Positions 24,936 through 38,141 of a DNA stretch of 64,000 nt are shown one piece after another. Source of the stretch: Camelus dromedarius (lineage: Eukaryota). The notes below the pieces were generated by a model. It ran no database searches. It was not told where the DNA came from and saw only the letters and a list, made by a program, of their open reading frames with translations. A program made the position numbers and the translations under genes. The first letter of the stretch is position 1. Every line of letters starts with the position of its first letter. The stretch covers positions 1 to 64,000 of the forward strand of contig NC_087438.1 of NCBI RefSeq assembly GCF_036321535.1, in the 5' to 3' direction.

Positions 24936-26079
24936 TTTTCCACATCAAGCCCCTGCTGGATCCTCTGAAAATGGACCTCCTTAGTTGGTCCAATGGTCCA
25001 ATGGTCCACACACAGGAAGCCTTTCCCCACTTTTCCCTCACTTTTTACTCCCACAGTGATGCCTCCTGGTGATTCTTGAAGACGTCTGGCTCTTGTCTGG
25101 GTAGAGTTGGTTGGTCGAGTGTTGTCCTGAAGCTGAAACCACTATGGGTCCTGAGGAGACCCAGCCTCCAGCAGCCCCCGCAAGGAGCCAAGTTCCCACA
25201 GGAGCCAAACCCCGCAGTGAGACACGTGCACCTTGAGGGTCAGACAACAGGCATGGTGCCACCCGCTGGCCAGCTGGGTACTGCAGGCCACAACCACTCA
25301 GGTTTTAACACTTACACCAAAATGCACTCTAAATTGTCCACAGACAATTATATAATGCACATCTGGAATTATTCTAAAAGTAAACATATAAGAAAATCTA
25401 CATAACCTTGTTTAGGTGATGAACTTTAACAAAAATCCCCAAGTCTATCCACAGAAGTACAATTTATATCATAGAATTTAAAAAATTAAAATTTTAAACT
25501 CTGTTTATGACCTTATTCAGAAAACCTAAAGACAAGACACATACTGAGAAGCATTAATTTACAAAACACATAACTGATTAAGGATTTGGACTCAGATTAC
25601 ACCAAGAACTTTACAACAAACAGCCCCAGTAAAAATAGGTAAAGATCTTAACACCTCTCCAAAGAAAATACACAGATAGTAAATAAGCATATAAAAATAT
25701 TCTCGAAAATCATATACCAGTAGGAAATCGCAAATTAAAACAATGATGATATAACACTGCACACTCATTAGAACCACTAAACTCCAAAAAAATTACATGA
25801 TTGATGGAAGATGAAGTAAAACAGGAACTCTCCCTCACGGCAAGTGGAATGCATGTGTGGCTACTTTGAAAGACAGTTTGGCAGTTTTTTCCAAAGCTTG
25901 TCAATGCTCACCTGAGAATCCAACATTGCACCTCTAGTATTTAGACAATTGCTTTGAAAAAGTGTCCAAAAAAAAAAAACAAACTAGCATGCAATTATGC
26001 ACAGCAACTCTACTCAAAAACTTAAAAATATGAGGATGTCCTTCCATGCATGAATACATAAGCAAGTTGGGGTACACCC

Positions 26080-26472
26080 ATGTGAAAGAGGGCAAATGAC
26101 ACCCTAAAATATATCTCTTTGGCATGAAGATTACAATGGACAGATTTCTTAAAAAATAAGACAAATGAGACTCTATGAAACTCAAGTCAAGATTGCATTT
26201 TGTGAGGCAAATTTACATTTATATGGGAAATCTCCATTTGAAAAGTAAACTCCCTTTCTGTACCAGGAACAGAAGGAAGATTAATTCTCAAAAAACGTAT
26301 CCATAGAGAAGGCTTAGATTTAAATCTATATAATGACCATAACCCTCCTTTCTTTTGGTGTTAGAGAAAGACGGTATTTCAGGTGACGTCTTGGGCCATT
26401 TTAGGGAACTACTCAACTTCCTGGGCACCTCCCAGGCTTAAAGTGGGCACACAAGTTATTGAACGTGTTTGT
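26080..26472 (+). mobile_element. ERV1-class LTR relic (MER34-like)
   Basis: caccctaaaatatatctctttggcatgaagatta at the start and ttgggccattttaggg core, shared with 34850-35115. Confidence 0.6.
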
Positions 26473-26550
26473 ACAATTATGTAAAGGTAGTTAATACCGC
26501 AAAAATTTGTGCTTGAAGTGATTTCAATTAAAAGTGTCATATGTATTTTT

Positions 26551-29500
26551 AATCACAATGAAAATAGTGTAGGAATGTAGTAACTGATACAATTTACAAC
26601 ATTAACAAACACTGAAAAGATCCCTAGTGAAAAAAAAAAAAAAGCCATAAAAAAAAGTTCTCCCAGATCACATGGTCATCCTGTGTGCTTTAAATCCATC
26701 AAGGTTGTCAAATGAGAGTCTCAGTAACAAATCCAGAAAAAGAAAAACAGCTAGACCAAGTGGTGAAAGTTGAAGTGGGCCAGTGGATTACATAATAATG
26801 TGGAAACCATACGACTTCTTCATTTGTGGGTTACATGATGGTTCCTCAGGAGACTATCCCTGTTTGGGGTAAAACGTCCTACAGTATTTTGTATAAAGTG
26901 GCAACTGTGAGTAGTTTTTACCATCATAGAAATTACTGGAAAGTCCATTACTTTTCAAAATGGCCATATTAATATCATAGCAAAGAGGTTGATAAGACAG
27001 ACATCAAACCTTGTCATAGAGGCCAAGACTCACCCAGACCGAGGTCGGCCAGAGTTGTGATGCTGATCGCCCTTGTAGGAGTCCACTTATTATTAAGAGG
27101 CACTGTGGGATAAGTACACCAGTAGCCAGCAAGTCTTGGGTCCTGCACATGACCTAGGATGCAGGAGAAACAGTGAGATTTCAAAATTACAATTTCCCGC
27201 AACACTTAACAAACCGTTGTTAAAGTAAATAAATTCAGTAAAGTTCCATATGATATCAATGTACAGAAATCAGCTGCTTTTCTATACACTAATAATAACC
27301 CATCAGAAGGAAAATTCAAGGAAACAATCACATTTATAATTATATCAAAAAGAACAAAATATCTAGGAACAAATTTAACCAAGGGTGCCAAAGACCTGTA
27401 CTCAAAAATCTATAAACCATTGAATAAGAAGTTAAAGAAGACACAAATAAACAGAAAAATATTCTGTACTCATGGATTGGAAGAATTACTAGTATTAAAT
27501 TATTGATTCTACCCAACGCTATCAACAAATTCACTGCAACATCAATATAATATTCAATGATATGTTTCATTGAAAAAGAACAATCCTATTATTAATCCTA
27601 CTATTAATATAGAACAACTAAGGACCCTGAACAGCTAAAGTTCTGAGAAAGAAGGACACAACTGGAGGCATCTCCCTCCCTAGCATCAAACTGTATCACG
27701 GAGCTGTAGTAACCACAACAGTGAGGAACTGGCACAAACACAGACACGTGGATGAGAGTAACAGCATAAAGAGCCCAGAAATAAACCCGCATGGCTGTGG
27801 TCAGTTAATTAATGAAAATGGGGCCAAGGACATACAAAGAGGGAGGGACACCCCCCTCAATAAACATTGCCAGAAAAATGGGACACCATGCACCAAAGAA
27901 CATCACTGGTCACCATCTCCATTGCACACAAAACGAACTAAAACCCCACAGTTTTCCACATCAACCTCTTTCTGAGGTTCCTCTGAAAACAGAACCTCCC
28001 TGAACAGTCAGCTGCACACAGGAAGCTCCCCATTTGGTCTTTTTTTTCCTTTTATGGCACCTTTTCACAGCGATTCCCAAGAAAACTCAGCCCATGACAG
28101 CATGGACACAGCCCTACTGTCTAGAAGATGAAGCCCTGACAGTCCTGAAGAGACCAAGCCCCTGCCGGCTGTGCAAGGGGCCAAGTCCATGGGCAGAATG
28201 CACCTGTGCCCTGTCAGAGGTGGGTTTGGCGCCCCCCTGTGGACCATCAGAAAAGTTCAGGGAACGCTGAGCTCACAAAGCCCAGAGTCCTCATCCTGAA
28301 TGCAGTTCTGCTCTATGTAGTGCCTTTGGAAATCCAAACTGAAACACAGCCAAATAGCTCACTATGTTGTCTCAAAAGCTGGTTAAGGAGCAATTAATTA
28401 AACAACATATAGAATGAAGAAAACATAGACACAAATTTTACAACTGATAGCAAAGTTCACTCAAGATTGCCCATAGACAAAGTTAAATGACAAAACTATA
28501 AAGATCTTAAAAGGAAAAGGGAGAAAATCTATAAGACCTTGGGTCTGGTGATGAGTTTAAACTCACAATAACAAATGCCTATCTACACATCAACACAAAA
28601 TTAATGATGTGGACTTTATAGAACTATAGACATCTACTCTGTGAGAGGTCTTATTCATAAAGGCAAAAGAGAGACCACACACTAGGAGAAAGTATTTGCA
28701 AAATGGGCATCTGATAAAGTGTTTGTATTCAAATTATACCAATAAAATCTAAAACAAACAACCCCATTAAAAATGCGTGAAGACAGAAGCAAACATCTGG
28801 CTGAAGAAGGTACACAGACAGAAAACAATCACACAAAAAGATATTCAAGGTCCTAGTGGAAGACAGGTGAGGCCAGCTTTGGAAGACAGTGTGGCAGTTT
28901 CTTTCAAAGCTAAACAGTCTCTAAACGTAGAATCCAAAAATATCATCTCTTGAATTTAACCAACTGCTTTGAAAAACTGTTCAGACAAAAACTAACATCA
29001 AGTAATGCACAGGAGGTCTATTCATAACAGCTTAGAAACTCAAGTGGTCAGTATGCCCTTCTGTAGATGAACTCATAAGCAAAGTAGTGCACATTCATGT
29101 CACGGGGAGCAGAATGTGCCACCCCCCAAATAGGTAGCCTAGTGACTACTACAGTCTGAGTAATTAAAAAAAAAAAAAGACTCTCAAAAAACTGAGTAGA
29201 GGTTGCCCTTTTGTGATGGAGATTTCCATTTCTTACAGAAATAAGTCAATTATGTGATCAAGTAAGCGGTAGTGTCACAGGATGGAATACAGGATGTAAC
29301 ACAGGCTCTGTATTAGAAGTGTGTGAAAACACTCACTGCTGCTGGTGGAGCAGAAGGGGCCAGCCTCAGTAACTGCAGGAATGAACGGGATGTGTAGACT
29401 ACGGGGAAAACGTACTGCACGTAAACAGTGGGATCTGTAAGATCCATCCCACAGGGGCAGGAGCTAAGAATGCTCAAACCACTCATCTGGAGCAGAATGA

Positions 29501-30660
29501 GAAATTAATTGAATGGACAGAAGATGGTAGGAGCTAGGATTCTACTGTCTGACTGGGAGTTACAGATAAGCGGGGGGGGTGGGGAGATGTACACTGTCCA
29601 TATGATAATGGATCAAGTTGGAGGCATCAGTATAAGCCCGCCTTCTGCTTAATATGAATACAGACATTTCCACATAGAAATGTTTATAATTAGGAGTGTA
29701 TACTACTAGGGGGAGGGAAATTACACCCTCTCTCCCTCTGTACTTCTTGTGGCTGGACTAATAATAAAACTAAGATGAGACACAGCCACACAAGAAGAAG
29801 AAAATTTAATTCCTACACAGAAGTCTCAGAAATGGGAAGTAAGAAGTAGTGAAAACAGGCAGATTTTACACATCTAGAAAACTATAAATTTGTTAGGAAT
29901 TGACAGCCCAAAGAAATGTAGCTTCTGGGTACTCAATGAAGAATCTAAACAGAGTCTGGGCTTGGGGTGGTACATTAAAGAAGCTACAAGTTATGTTTAT
30001 ATGCACCTCTGAACCTTTCATGTGACAGACTTATTTCCTGCTTTTAGGGAGATAGAGCAGGGGTCAGAGTGTCTCTCTTGCTTTGGCCATTTCTAAGTAA
30101 CTTAAATTTAAAACACTATGTGGTTGTGGCAGATGGGTGCTCCCTGAGCAACAACAATACACTACGGTGGGAACACATGCCCACATTTCCTTGCACTGTC
30201 ATCTGAGAACATTTTCCTTCCATATGTAAGTTCTTAATATCATTCTCTAATTAAAGGAACCAGGACTCTTTGAAGAAATGGCTTATACTAGGACTGAGAG
30301 TCAGTATTTGAGCCAGGATAATCTTGAATCTTGTATCAGAAAGTAACGAAGTAACAGCGGAAAATAAAACCCCAAATAGGGAATAATCTCAAAGGAAACA
30401 GGAGCCAATGAAAGAGTGCTCAATAGCCAAATCAGGAATGAACAGAGCAACCAAACCTGTAGTGCTGGATTATAACCAAAAGATTAAAATAACTATTTAG
30501 GTGTCCACAATGGTGAAGTTTAATGATGACAGTTTTTTTTTTAATTTTAATAAATGGGATTGAATAGAAAACTCCTACGCAGAAGAATTCCTAATAATCC
30601 ATGACAACCATCAAGGAGGTGGAGCTAAAGCCCCGTCTCCTGAAGTATCCATTCCACATA
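26551..30660 (+). repeat. Composite duplicated unit, copy B
   Basis: cccagatcacatggtcatcctgtgtgctttaaatccat, gatgctgatcgcccttgtaggagtcc, L1 ORF2 insert ~27205-27951 ending in ttttccacatcaa, then ggaaatccaaactgaaa and L1MC-like sequence. Confidence 0.75.
29707..30155 (-). mobile_element. ERV1-class solo LTR relic
   Basis: Reverse-orientation LTR-like text (ggggagggaaat...ggctggactaataat...aacaaca) interrupting an L1 3' region. Confidence 0.5.
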
Positions 30661-30964
30661 GTGACCTCCTCCTGTTTAGGTCAGAAGCGAGAAAAGTCTG
30701 AGATCCCACTCCTGGGCGTGTATCCAGAGCAACACTCTGATGTGAAAAGACACATGCACTGACTGATTTTTTTTTTTTTTACCACAGTGGGCAACGTTAG
30801 ATTGGGGGGAAAATTGTGTTTTCAACAAATGGTGCCAGGCAATTATCTATCCAGTGAAACTTTTTTCATTTCCAAGAGAAATGAAATTGGATCCTTGCTT
30901 CATACCACATGCAAAATTAACTCAAGATACATAAAAAGCTTACATTTAAAGAGTGGTAAAGTGA

Positions 30965-31304
30965 CAATCAGCCCTCAACTGCTGATTCCACATTTGCAGA
31001 ATCAGTCACCTTCAGATAAAAAAATAATAATAATTTGAGAACATTCCATAAAGAAATACTTGAATTTGTGGCATGCAAGAAACTATTTAAATAATACTAT
31101 ATTTTCTTCACAATTATTTACATACCATTTACATTGTATTATTTATTATAAGTGACCTAGAGATGATTTTAAGTATACAGGAAGGTGTGCTTAGATTATT
31201 TGCAAATAATACACAATTTTATATAATGGATTCGAGCACCGACAGATATTTAGTATCCATAGGGCGACCTAGAACCAATACCTCACAGATAGAGAGGAAG
31301 GCTG
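30965..31304 (+). mobile_element. Tigger3/MER2-like TcMar DNA transposon relic
   Basis: catttacattgtatt...tattataagtgacctagagatgattttaagtatacagga core; ends ...gaaggctg followed by TA. Confidence 0.8.
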
Positions 31305-34300
31305 TATAAACTCTCAAAGAAACAGTGGAGATAAGTCATCATGACCTTGGATTTAGCAATTTTCTTAGATCTGATAGCAAACACAAGCAAGGAAAAAAAA
31401 AAACATAAGTTACCTTTCCTCAAAGTTAAACACTTTTGTACATCAAAGATGCTATCCAGAAACTGAAAAGACAGCACACAAAATCAAAGAAAATATTTGC
31501 ACATTATACACTTGAAAAGAAATATCAAGAATATATCAAGAACTTTAACAACTCATAAAAAGATGAAACAAACCCAATTTTTAACATGGTGAAAGGACTT
31601 AAATAGACCCTTCTCTATATGCAAACTAAAAAAAAAAGTACAGTATATTGTATTTACAGGCAATATAATGTATTTGTGCAAACAGTAATAATTCTACCTA
31701 ATAAAAATGAAAATGAAAAACACCAATAAATAAGTAAAATTAAATATTTTTTTAAATAGACCCTTCTCCAGACAAGACAGTCAACAAGCACATGAAAAGA
31801 TGTTAAAAATCAGTCGTGATGGAAATGTAAATGAATACCATAATGCCGTCCCTCCCAAGCACACTAGAAGCCTTACAGTCAAGAAAACTAAAACAACAAA
31901 TATTGGCAAAAATTTAGAGAAATTGAAACTTTTAAACGTTACTTGAAAAATTGGAAAATGGTACAGCCCATATTTCCAGTTTGTCATTTCCTCAAAAAGA
32001 TAAAAAATACAGTTACCTTATGGTTCAACAACTTCATTCCTAGATATAGACCCCAAAATATTAAAAATCAGTATTCAAACAAAAAAAGGTACACATATAT
32101 TCATAGCAGCACTATTTGCAATGGCCCCAAAAGTAGAACAATTGAAATGTCCATCAAAGGCTAAACAGATAAACAATAGGGTACATCCATAAACTGCCAT
32201 GTTATTCTGCCATATGAAGGAATAAAATGGTGCAGCCACGGTGGAGAACCATATGGGAGTTCCTCAAAAACTTACACATGGGGTTGACACGTGATCCATC
32301 AATGCCACTTCAGGATATATGTTCAAAATATTTGAAAGCAGGCACTGGAATAGAAATGGGTACACCCATACCCATGGCAGCACTAATCACAACAGCAAAA
32401 GGTGGAAACAACTCACCTGTCCATCAACAGATAAATGGATAAACTACATGTGGTGTATGCACAGTGGGATACTGCACAGCCTTAAAAACTAAGGAAATTA
32501 TGACATGCACTGCAACGTGGATAATTCTTGACGTCACTATGCTAAGTGAAATAAGTCAGACACAGAAGGACAAATATTACATGATTCCCCTTATACAAGG
32601 CATCCAGAGAAGTCAGATGCGGAGATAGAGTGTCACTGCCAGGGGCTGAGGGGAGTCAGTGTTCACTGGAGACAGGGCTTCACTTGAGGAAAATGAATAA
32701 CTTCTGGAGATGGATCATGAGGCATCTGTACAACAATATGAATTTACTTAATACCATAGACCTGCATGTTTAAATGGTAAATGCTATGTTCTGTATTTTT
32801 AATGACAACGAAAAATGTGAATGAATCACTAATGATTCAATTTGGACAAAGACTGAAAACATTCTAAGTGAAAGAAGACACACAGAAGAGGCCACCCAGA
32901 TCATACTCATCTTGTGCGCTTTAAATCCATTAAGGGATGAAAAAGAGGGAAACTCTCAGTAATAGTTTCAGGAAAAAAAAAAAAAACTGGCACAGAATGG
33001 AAAAAGGATTTCCATAAGTTGGGGCAATGGGGAAGGCTGAAGTGGGCCCGTGGATGGGATTACAAGGTGAACCATAAAATCTCTTCATTTGGGGTTTATG
33101 TGCTGGTTCCCTGGGGGAGTATCCCAGTGTTAGGTAAGACCCACTGGAGTGTTCCATGCGAGGTGGCAAATATGAGTACTGCGTAATGCTATTTAAAGTA
33201 TTTTATACGGAACTTTGTAAGAAAACTTTATAAGAAACTTTATGAGAAACTACATTACTTTTGAAAACAACCATGTCAACACCACGCCAAAAAAGCAGAG
33301 AAGACATCAGATTTCCTCATAGAGGCCCACCCTTAACGCGATCCAGTTCACCCAAAGTGCTGATGCTCGTCGCCCTTGCAGGAGTCCCCAAGTAACTTAG
33401 AGGCGCTGTGGGAAGATAAGGAGCCACTGTGGGAAGATTAGGGGCCACTGTGTTTTAGGTGCTGTGGGGGACCTGGATGGAGTCCAAACAGGGTGACTTC
33501 TGATTTCTAGTTTTCCACATCAAACCATCAAAACACTGTTAGAACTAATGAATCATTTCAGTAAAGCCACAAGGTACAAAATCAATACACAAAAATCAGT
33601 TATCTTTCTATACATTAATAATGAAACATCAGAAAGACTTTTTTTTAATCCCATTTACAACTGCATCCAAAAAAAAAAAAATACCTAGGAAAAAATTTAA
33701 TCAAGGATGTGAAAGACCTGCACACTGAAAATTCTAAGACACTGAGGGAAGAATCTGAACAGACACAAATAAATGAAAAGATACCCTGTGCACACGGACA
33801 GAAAGAATTAATATTGTTAAAATGCCCGTTCTACCCAAAGCAGTGTTCAAACTCAAAGAAAGCATGTCAAATCATTGTGCCCTACACCAGAAAACAACAG
33901 AACATTGTGAATTGACTATACTTCAATAAAATAAAATAAACTTCAGTGGCATTTTTCACAGAAACAGAACTAACATCCCTAACATTCGTGTGGAAACACA
34001 AAGGACCCTGAATAGCCAGAGAGATTCTACAAACGGGAAACAGGCTGGAGGCATCTCCCTCCCTGACTTCACACGGCATTACAAAAGCACAGTCACCAAA
34101 GAATTGTGGAACTGGCACAACAGCAGGGACATGGACCAGAGAGAGCCTGCAAATAAACCTACGGGGATGTGGTCAGTTAACTCACAAGAAAGGAGACAGG
34201 AGCCTGCACCGGGGGGGAGGACAGTCCCCTCAATGAATGGTGCTGGGAAAACTGGACACCGCACGCCAACGAAGGAAACGGCACACTGTCTACACCACAC

Positions 34301-34849
34301 ACAAAACCTGACTAAACCCCACAGCTTCCCACATCCAGCCCTTCCTCCCCCGGGGCCTCTGAGGAGGGATTCCCCTCAGCCGTCAGCCCCTCACGGGAAG
34401 CTTCTCCTCACTTTCCCTCACTTTTCCTTCCTCCTCACCTTCCCTTCAGTGCAGCACCTCCTGTTGGGTCCTGAGGAGACTGGGCTCCAGTCAGCGTGGA
34501 CATAACCCCCTGTTGTCCCAAAGCCCCAACAGGTCCTGAGGAGAAGCAGCTCCAGGCAGCTGCGCAGGACGCCAGATCCTCAGGCAGAACGCAAGCAGAT
34601 TCCCGCTGCAGCTGGGGGAGGCGGGCTCCGGGCCCGGCCAGCCAATGGGAAAGCGCGGGCCCAGCTGCCCTCACAGCCAGTGGAGGCCCTGCCCCGACAG
34701 CGGCTCTGCTCAGTCCTTTAAACTGGAAATTCAAACTGAAATAGAGACAAATATCTGTAACTTCCCCAAACACTTAGAAACAATTAATAGGAAGCCATAT
34801 GGAATGAAGTGAACAGGGACACAAACTTTAAACCTTACACTCTTGTTTA

Positions 34850-35115
34850 CTGAGCTTTCACAGTAGCCTGCCATAAATGACTTCCTCCCTCCCCCAGGCC
34901 TTGCTTTTGTTTTCAGCTGAAGGTCATATTTAAGGTGATGCTTTGGGCCATTTCAGGGAGGGAGTCAGTGTTCCTGGATGTCTCCCCTGTATACAGGAGG
35001 TATGCATGTTATTCAACTTGTTTGTTTTTCTCCCAGTAATCTGTCTTATTAGGGCCTGGGAGGTCTCATCCAAGAACCTAGAAGGACAGAGGGAAAACAG
35101 GTTTTCCTCCCACAC
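34850..35115 (+). mobile_element. ERV1-class LTR 3' part (MER34-like)
   Basis: tttaaggtgatgctttgggccatttcaggg...ccaagaacctagaagg...ttttcctcccacaca. Confidence 0.65.
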
Positions 35116-37219
35116 ACACGCAATGGAATTCTCCTCAACAGTAGACATTAAACCATCAGCCCCCGGAAAGACACAGGTAAGTCTCACTTGTATGTTACTA
35201 AGTGAAAGAACCCAGTCTGAGGAGGCTGCTCACAGTAGGACCCCATTGATGACAATTATGGAAAAGGCAAAACTACGTACATGAGCAGATCATGGGGTGG
35301 GGGTGGGGGGTTGAAGTGTTCCATGCGATACTTTAGGATGGACACCTGTCACTATGCATTTGTCTACACCCACACATTTGTACAGCCCAAAGGTCAATTG
35401 TAGTCTATTCAGATTTAGTTGTTTAGGGTGTAGCAGTGTCACAGGATGGAACACACAGTGTGACACATAATCTATGAAATGTATTAGAAACGGGTGGAAA
35501 AAATAGTTGATGGTGGGGCAACAGGTGTTGACCTAAGCTCACTTTGGAACTGAACAGACTTCTTCTGCAAAAGCAGAATGGACCATTGTTAAACTGTGGG
35601 CTTTCTATTATAAAGTGCTTTCCGGGGTGTAGTAGTTAACAATTCTGAAACCACTGTGCATGTAACCAGCAACAGAGAATTTTGTTGATAAACAGCAGAC
35701 GGTGGGAGCCAGGCTCCTCGCTGTGGGAATGGGAATCACAGACAAGCAAAGGGAGAGCCTTGGCCCTCGTGCTCCTGGATCTGAGCTTCCTGGATGGATG
35801 GTGTGGGGAATGGACTGGGAGGGGAAGGCACAGCTCTTTGCCCTGGGAAAGCCCTACCGATGTAGGAACCTCACACCCCTTCCTTCTCCCCATACCTGCT
35901 GGAAACATTCAGACCTCCAAAATCTGCCAATGCAGCCTTTAAGACATTCTCACCCTCAGGCAGATAAAGGAGTGTGAGGGTCTTGCGCTACCCCCAAGCT
36001 GTCCCAGGATCCAGGCCCTAGAGGGTGGAGCCAGGACAGGGCACCTGGGCCTCTGACCAGAAGGTGACAGCAAGGAGGAGACCAGCCCTGAGGGCCATGG
36101 TTTCCTGAAGTCTGTGAGCCCGGTGCCCTGATGGGGTCCATTCCCTGTGGGGACATGGGCGGGGCCTGCAGTTTTTCTGTTTTCCACCTGACCCCTTGGA
36201 TGAAGCCAGGGCAGCACTGGTCTCAGGGGGTCCCCGGGCAGTGTTTCAAACTCTGACACAGCGGCTTTACAAAGGAACAGGAGAGTGAAGCTGAGCACCT
36301 GACAGCCAATCCTCTCAGGCTCTGAGCTGCTTCCTTCAGGACCACAGTCCCCTACATGGAGTCTGCTGTAACTCACCTGCCTCCACCTGGGCTCTCTCCT
36401 TCCTCCCTGGACCCGTCTCCCAGGTCAGGCGCATCTCTCCAAACCCTGCATCCCCCTCTCACCTTAGGGCTGACAGGCCCCTCACAAAACTGTGAGGCTG
36501 CTGTTCCCCACACCCCAGGAGGCAGCCCCACCTCCCCTGGTTGCTGAGCCCAGACACCTGGGGCCTCCCAGTCCCCCACTTTCCCTGTGCCCCAGCAACT
36601 GTCAGCTCCTCCTCTGGAGTCTATAGCCAGTCCCCACAATAATGCCACTCTACAGCCACAGGCTTGATGGTGGCCCAACCCGATCTCGTGCCCGGCTCTT
36701 CCATCAGGCCCTGACAAAGCTCCCACTCCCATGGTGCATCTCACATCCCATCCCAACTTGGACTTCGTGAACCAGAAACAAGACGGTGACTCTCCCACCT
36801 GTAGTCCCCCAAAGTTTCCCCACTTTGGCCTGGCTGGCTGCTGGAAGGGACATTTGCTGAGTCCCTGAGGGTCCTCGGCACCCCCGCTAGGCTGCTGGCT
36901 CCTGGGTTCCCTGACACTGAGCACCTCAGCAGGCCAGGTGACACAGCTGCTCTGGGCTCATCCACACTCGGGCCGCCCACATACAGCCCAGGGCTCACAG
37001 GTGTCCGGCACAAGTCTATCTCCCTCCACCCAGGAACTTCTGCTGGAGGAAGGAAAGCTGTTATGAGATGCCAGTGGTCAGTACCCAAAGGAGATAAATC
37101 CAAAGGCGTGCATGTAGGAACAGGGCCCCTGAATGCTCAGAGCAGAGGCAAGGAAGCAGCAGAGAGAAATCAGCCATGGTGGAAGCCTCAAAACTGCACC
37201 AAATGTGCCACTTCACTGA

Positions 37220-37485
37220 ACGTGATCTTGGGCCTGGTGGCACATGATCAGCAGCCTTGGGGCGTATGATCAGCAAGGGTTGGGCCCATGGTCAGGGGCC
37301 TGGGGGCAGGAGACCAGTGGCCAGGAGGCACATGATCTGCCGCTGAGAGGCAGGTATTCTTGAGACTGGGGGCATGTGATTAGCAGCCGGGAGGCATGTG
37401 GTCAGCTGCCTGGGGGCATGTGATCTGAATGGTGTGGGCTCCTGATGTGGCTGTGGGCCCTGGGGGGCATGGTCGGGCAGCCACC
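37220..37485. repeat. Degenerate ~21-22-bp tandem repeat (gggggcatgtgatcagcagcct-like)
   Basis: Recurrent ggcacatgatc, ggcgtatgatc, ggcatgtgatt and ggcatgtggtc units at roughly 21-bp spacing. Confidence 0.7.
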
Positions 37486-38141
37486 TGCCTGTGAGCATGA
37501 CGGGAGAGGTTGGAGAAGGCCCAGGTGTGGACCATCCTGGAGTGGGGAGTCACTGTCAGGGGAACTGGGCCAGAGTCGCTTCACTCTCTTCCAACCCAGA
37601 GGGATTTGGAGGGTGAGGAACAAACAGAAAACATACCCCATATTTCAGAGCCTTTTTTTGACCATTTGTTCTTAAGTCACTTTGCTTGTATAGAAAACCA
37701 CACTTCACTTTTTGTATTCCAAGAGCAAAATATTAAAAACAAATGTATCTGAAGCTATGAATCTAAGACTAACCACTTAGCTTATTGTGCAAATGCAACC
37801 AGGATTCCCCAGCAGTCTGCTCCGTGCTGACCTATCCGTACAGGAGCCCAGGTCTTCCCTCTGAGGACGAGTGGTCGGAGCAGGACTTCCCAGCGGTTCC
37901 CCGCCAGCAGGCTGGGAGCGGGTGGGTGGGAGCTTGGGGCCCACAGCTTGGCCTCAGCTGCCCCTGAGGAAAATAAGCCACTTTATATCAGAGCCTTAGA
38001 GCAAACAGTGAACCTAGAAACCGTGGCCCAGGATTTCAAAATGAACAACCTGCCATTATCACAGAGGTTTTGTAAGTGCGATGTGTTGCTATTATTAGAT
38101 TAATTTACGTGAAATGTTCATCTTCAAATATCAAGTGACAA

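Larger units (their letters stand above)
22611..26550 (+). repeat. Composite duplicated unit, copy A (nested L1 3' ends, unique segment with L1 ORF2 insert, L1 relic, ERV1-type LTR)
   Basis: Shares unusual junctions and non-L1 text (cagatcacactcatcctgtg..., gctgatcacccttgcaggaatc, ttttccacatcaa, acacaggaagc, gtcctgaggagacc) with copies B and C. Confidence 0.8.
30770..35720 (+). repeat. Composite duplicated unit, copy C (most GC-rich)
   Basis: Same nested-L1 junction (ataaactgccat...ttctgccat...aaaatggtgcagcca, 32190-32240 vs 22800-22850), same unique segment, L1 insert 33524-34324, LTR at 34850-35115, L1MC-like tail matching ~29260-29480. Confidence 0.8.
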
